64,000 bases of DNA from Eledone cirrhosa (lineage: Eukaryota), in the NCBI GenBank assembly GCA_964016885.1, contig OZ024765.1, positions 7,502,001 to 7,566,000 of the forward strand, read 5' to 3'. Below the pieces are notes generated by a model, which saw nothing but the letters and a program-made list of their open reading frames with translations, searched no databases and was not told the DNA's origin. Positions within the stretch are counted from its first letter, which is position 1. The number at the start of each line of letters is the position of its first letter. Position numbers and translations under genes: made by a program. This document shows positions 60,638 through 64,000 of the stretch, one piece after another.

Positions 60638-61385
60638 TCATCATCACCGTTTTACGTCCGTTCTTCCATGCTAGCATGGGTTAGACGGGTTGTCCTGTTG
60701 TGGGCAGTGTCTGGTCAGGTGACCATGCCTTGCTCATACAGGAACTGATTTTGGCTTGATTTCTACAACTGGATGCCCTTCTTAACACTAACCTCATTTA
60801 CAGTGAGTGCTGGGTGCTTTTTTCCGTGGCGCCTACACGTCCACTTTACAGTGTGGGCTGGGTGCCTTTTTGCAGTAGGAGGGTGTGGGGGCATATTGTC
60901 TATATGCTTCAGCTTGTACCCATGGCAGGTCGGGTACTCTGTATTACTGCGTGACGCCAGAGGTCACGGTCGTGTGTCATCGCCTTTGAGAGGTGTAATT
61001 GGGTAAGGTCGGCTTTTATCACCTCATCCCAGGTCATCTTGGGTCTCCCCACTCCGCGGTTTCCATCGACTTCTAGTGCTCTGCACCTTTTTATGCAGCT
61101 GTCATCCTTCATATGCATCACATGTCCATACCAACGCAACCGCCTCTCCTGCACACAGCATTTGATTCCTCTTATGCTCAGTCTCTCTCTCAATTCATTT
61201 ATGCTTTGTCGTTCGCGTATATTACTGTTACACATCCATCGGAGCATGCAGGCTTCGTTTCTCTCTAATCTACGTAAGTCTTCCACCTTCAGCGCCCAGG
61301 TCTCACTACCATGTAACATTGCTGTTCGTATACATGCATCATACAGTCTGCCTTTCATTTTGAGGGAGAAGCCTTTTGCTGCTGA
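60635..61385 (-). mobile_element. 5'-truncated RTE LINE
   Basis: [30 protein letters not shown] plus 3' UTR and (GAT)n tail. Confidence 0.9.
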
Positions 61386-61538
61386 AGCATCTATATATAT
61401 ATGTATATATATGCGTGTGTGTGTGTGTGTGTGTATCGTTAATTCAATTTATTTTTAAGAGTGTATGAATGTAGATATATGGGTATGTGTGTAGGTGTAT
61501 ATGTATGTAGGTGTATGTGTATGTGTATGCATATGTAT

Positions 61539-61790
61539 ATGAAGGTCGACTGAGAAGTTCATAGAGTAAATAAACCTCATTTGGTCATTCCATGAGAGTA
61601 TCTTGGTCAGAGGTTGACAACGAAGGAGTGATGCTAGAGCTGTGAAATCTTCAATTCAATTCAATTCAATTCAATATATTTGGCAGAAATTAAAACATAG
61701 CTGCTTCAGATGTCAACCTATGACCAAGATATTCTCATGGAATGACCAAATGAGGTTTATTTACTCTATGAACTTCTCAGTCGACCTACA
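61539..61790. mobile_element. Mariner-type MITE with inverted repeats of about 70 bp
   Basis: aggtcgactgagaagttcatagagtaaataaacctcatttggtcattccatgaga and its reverse complement. Confidence 0.75.
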
Positions 61791-61794
61791 TATG

Positions 61795-62605
61795 CCATGT
61801 AAGGAGGGGAGGGGGCAACATTTACACAGTCGGAAACACAGTGGTCCAACACTGGTCCAATTTCACCTTAAATTGTTGCGTGGTTGACGCGTTGACTTCT
61901 TCTTCTGGAAGCCGACTCCAGGGTCCAGAGATGCGGATCGAGAAAGCAGCTTTCCGTTTATTTAAAGCGAAAGCGGCGGTGAAGCAGCTTTTTGTCATGT
62001 CCACGTAGACCCCTTTCAAGTGCCGGAGTTATTAGGAGATCTTGTGGGAGATCGTAATGGCCATTGAAGAGATTGTAAGCCAAAATGAGATCGCCTCTTA
62101 GCTGTCGACGCTCCAAGGAGAAGAGGTTCAGCTTCTGCAGCCGGCTTTCGTGGGGCAGCCCATGAAGACCCTGTACCATTCGAGTCGCTAGTCGTTGAAC
62201 TCTCTCCAAGTGATGGATAATATCCCGGATGAGATATGGGTTTGATGCTTGGATGCCATATTCTAGGTGCGGTCTCACGAGGGCGACATAAAGAGGCCTG
62301 AAAATTTCTGGAGTAAGTTTGGCAAAGGAGCGTCGAATAAGAAATAGAGAGCTCCTTGCCTTGTTTGCGGCTTGAATGCAATGTTTTGATGGCTTGAAGG
62401 ACGAGTCGACCAGCAGACCAAGATCTTTAGTCTCCTCAACCTCCTTCAAAGGGGCAGTGCCACCGTTGAAGGTAAGAGCTGAGTTATAAGGTGTACCCAC
62501 TGCCATATGGCAACACTTATCGACATTGAGGTATAAATGCCAGTCAATGGACCAACTCCAGGCGCGCTGGAGGCTGGACTTCAGATTCTCAATCTCGCTC
62601 CTACG
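61795..62605 (-). mobile_element. 5'-truncated CR1-clade LINE
   Basis: LNVDKC, KDLGLLVD, LVRPHLEY, LERVQRLAT, RGDLI, WSRLP..FKVKLD. Confidence 0.9.
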
Positions 62606-62692
62606 AGCTACCACCACCACCACCACCATCCTCACCACCACCACCACCACCATCCTCACCACCACCACCACCACCATCCTCATCACCTTCAT

Positions 62693-63412
62693 GCTGTGAA
62701 ATCTTGCATGCATTAATTTCAACTCTTCTTATTAATAACTGCATTGTTTCTGTCCAGGGACTATGTAGAAAAATAAACCTCATTTGGTAATTCCATGAGA
62801 GTATCTTGGTCAGCTTATGAAGGAGTGATGCTAGAGCTGTGAAATCTTGTAGGCATTAATTTCAACTCTTCTTATTAATAACTGCATTGTTTCTGTCCAA
62901 GGAGTATGTAGAAAAATAAACCTCATTCGGTTATTCCATGAGAGTATCTTGGTCAGCTTATGAAGGAGTGATGCTAGAGCTGTGAAATCTTGTAGGCATT
63001 AATTTCAACTCTTCTTATTAATAACTGCATTGTTTCTGTCCAAGGAGTATGTAGAAAAATAAACCTCATTCGGTTATTCCATGAGAGTATCTTGGTCAGC
63101 TTATGAAGGAGTGATGCTAGAGCTGTGAAATCTTGCATGCATTAATTTCAACTCTTCTTATTAATAACTGCATTGTTTCTGTCCAGGGACTATGTAGAAA
63201 AATAAACCTCATTCGGTCATTCCATGAGAGTATCTTGGTCAGCTTATGAAGGAGTGATGCTAGAGCTGTGAAATCTTGTAGGCATTAATTTCAACTCTTC
63301 TTATTAATAACTGCATTGTTTCTGTCCAGGGACTATGTAGAAAAATAAACCTCATTCGGTTATTCCATGAGAGTATCTTGGTCAGCCCATGAGCTTTTCA
63401 ACCAACCCTCGT
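62693..63412. repeat. 143 bp x5 tandem inside a mariner-type MITE
   Basis: Period 62693>62836>62979; ends in the TIR ..aaccaaccctcgta. Confidence 0.88.
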
Positions 63413-64000
63413 ATGTGTGTGTGTGTGTGTGTGTGTTTATATCTATATAACTATATTTATGTGTATGTATGTATGTGTGTGTGTGTGTGTGTGTTTATAT
63501 CTATATAACTATATTTATGTGTATGTATGTATGTGTGTGTGTGTGTGTGTTTATATCTATATAACTATATTTATGTGTACATATGTATGTGTGTGTGTGT
63601 GTGTTTATATCTATATAACTATATTTATGTGTATGTATGTATGTGTGTGTGTGTGTGTGTGTGTTTATATCTATATAACTATATTTATGTGTATATATGT
63701 ATGTGTGTGTGTGTGTGTGTGTGTTTATATCTATATAACTATATTTATGTGTATATATGTATGTATGTGTGTGTGTGTGTGTGTGTTTATATCTATATAA
63801 CTATATTTATGTGTATGTATGTATGTGTGTGTGTGTGTGTGTTTATATCTATATAACTATATTTATGTGTATATATGTATGTGTGTGTGTGTGTGTGTGT
63901 TTATATCTATATAACTATATTTATGTGTATATATGTATGTGTGTGTGTGTGTGTGTTTATATCTATATAACTATATTTATGTGTATATATGTATGTATGT
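63413..64000. repeat. About 60 bp minisatellite with (TG)n
   Basis: gtttatatctatataactatatttatgtgtat repeated. Confidence 0.9.

Overview
This is a repeat-rich eukaryotic window, most likely from an octopod cephalopod (inferred from the tRNA-derived SINE, RTE and microsatellite landscape). Its backbone is the middle-to-C-terminal part of one + strand, multi-exon, highly divergent dynein heavy chain gene (DNHD1-like). I reconstructed by hand 28 GT-AG exons from 2129 to 60547 (about 7.1 kb, about 2,375 aa) with consistent phases. They cover pre-AAA4, AAA4, the stalk with its microtubule-binding domain, AAA5, AAA6 and the start of the C-terminal region, and the gene extends beyond both window edges. 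The introns hold RTE, CR1, Tx1-like and R4-like LINE fragments, two tRNA-derived SINE families, maT (DD37D), mariner-type, hAT-like and piggyBac-like (TTAA) elements, micro- and minisatellites, and a 6.8 kb hexamer-based satellite. Most long ORFs in the supplied track are repeat artefacts. The most notable observations are: (1) a set of Penelope-type minimal hammerhead ribozyme motifs, two fully intact with co-varying palindromic stem III, several degenerate, and fold-back palindromes carrying ribozyme halves; (2) two very large in-frame low-complexity insertions and an erased AAA4 P-loop in the dynein; (3) tandem amplifications that duplicate real splice sites; (4) a PHD finger inserted inside the RTE reverse transcriptase; and (5) repeated conversion of transposon sub-segments into minisatellites. 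No database search or folding program was run, so all family names are by motif recognition.
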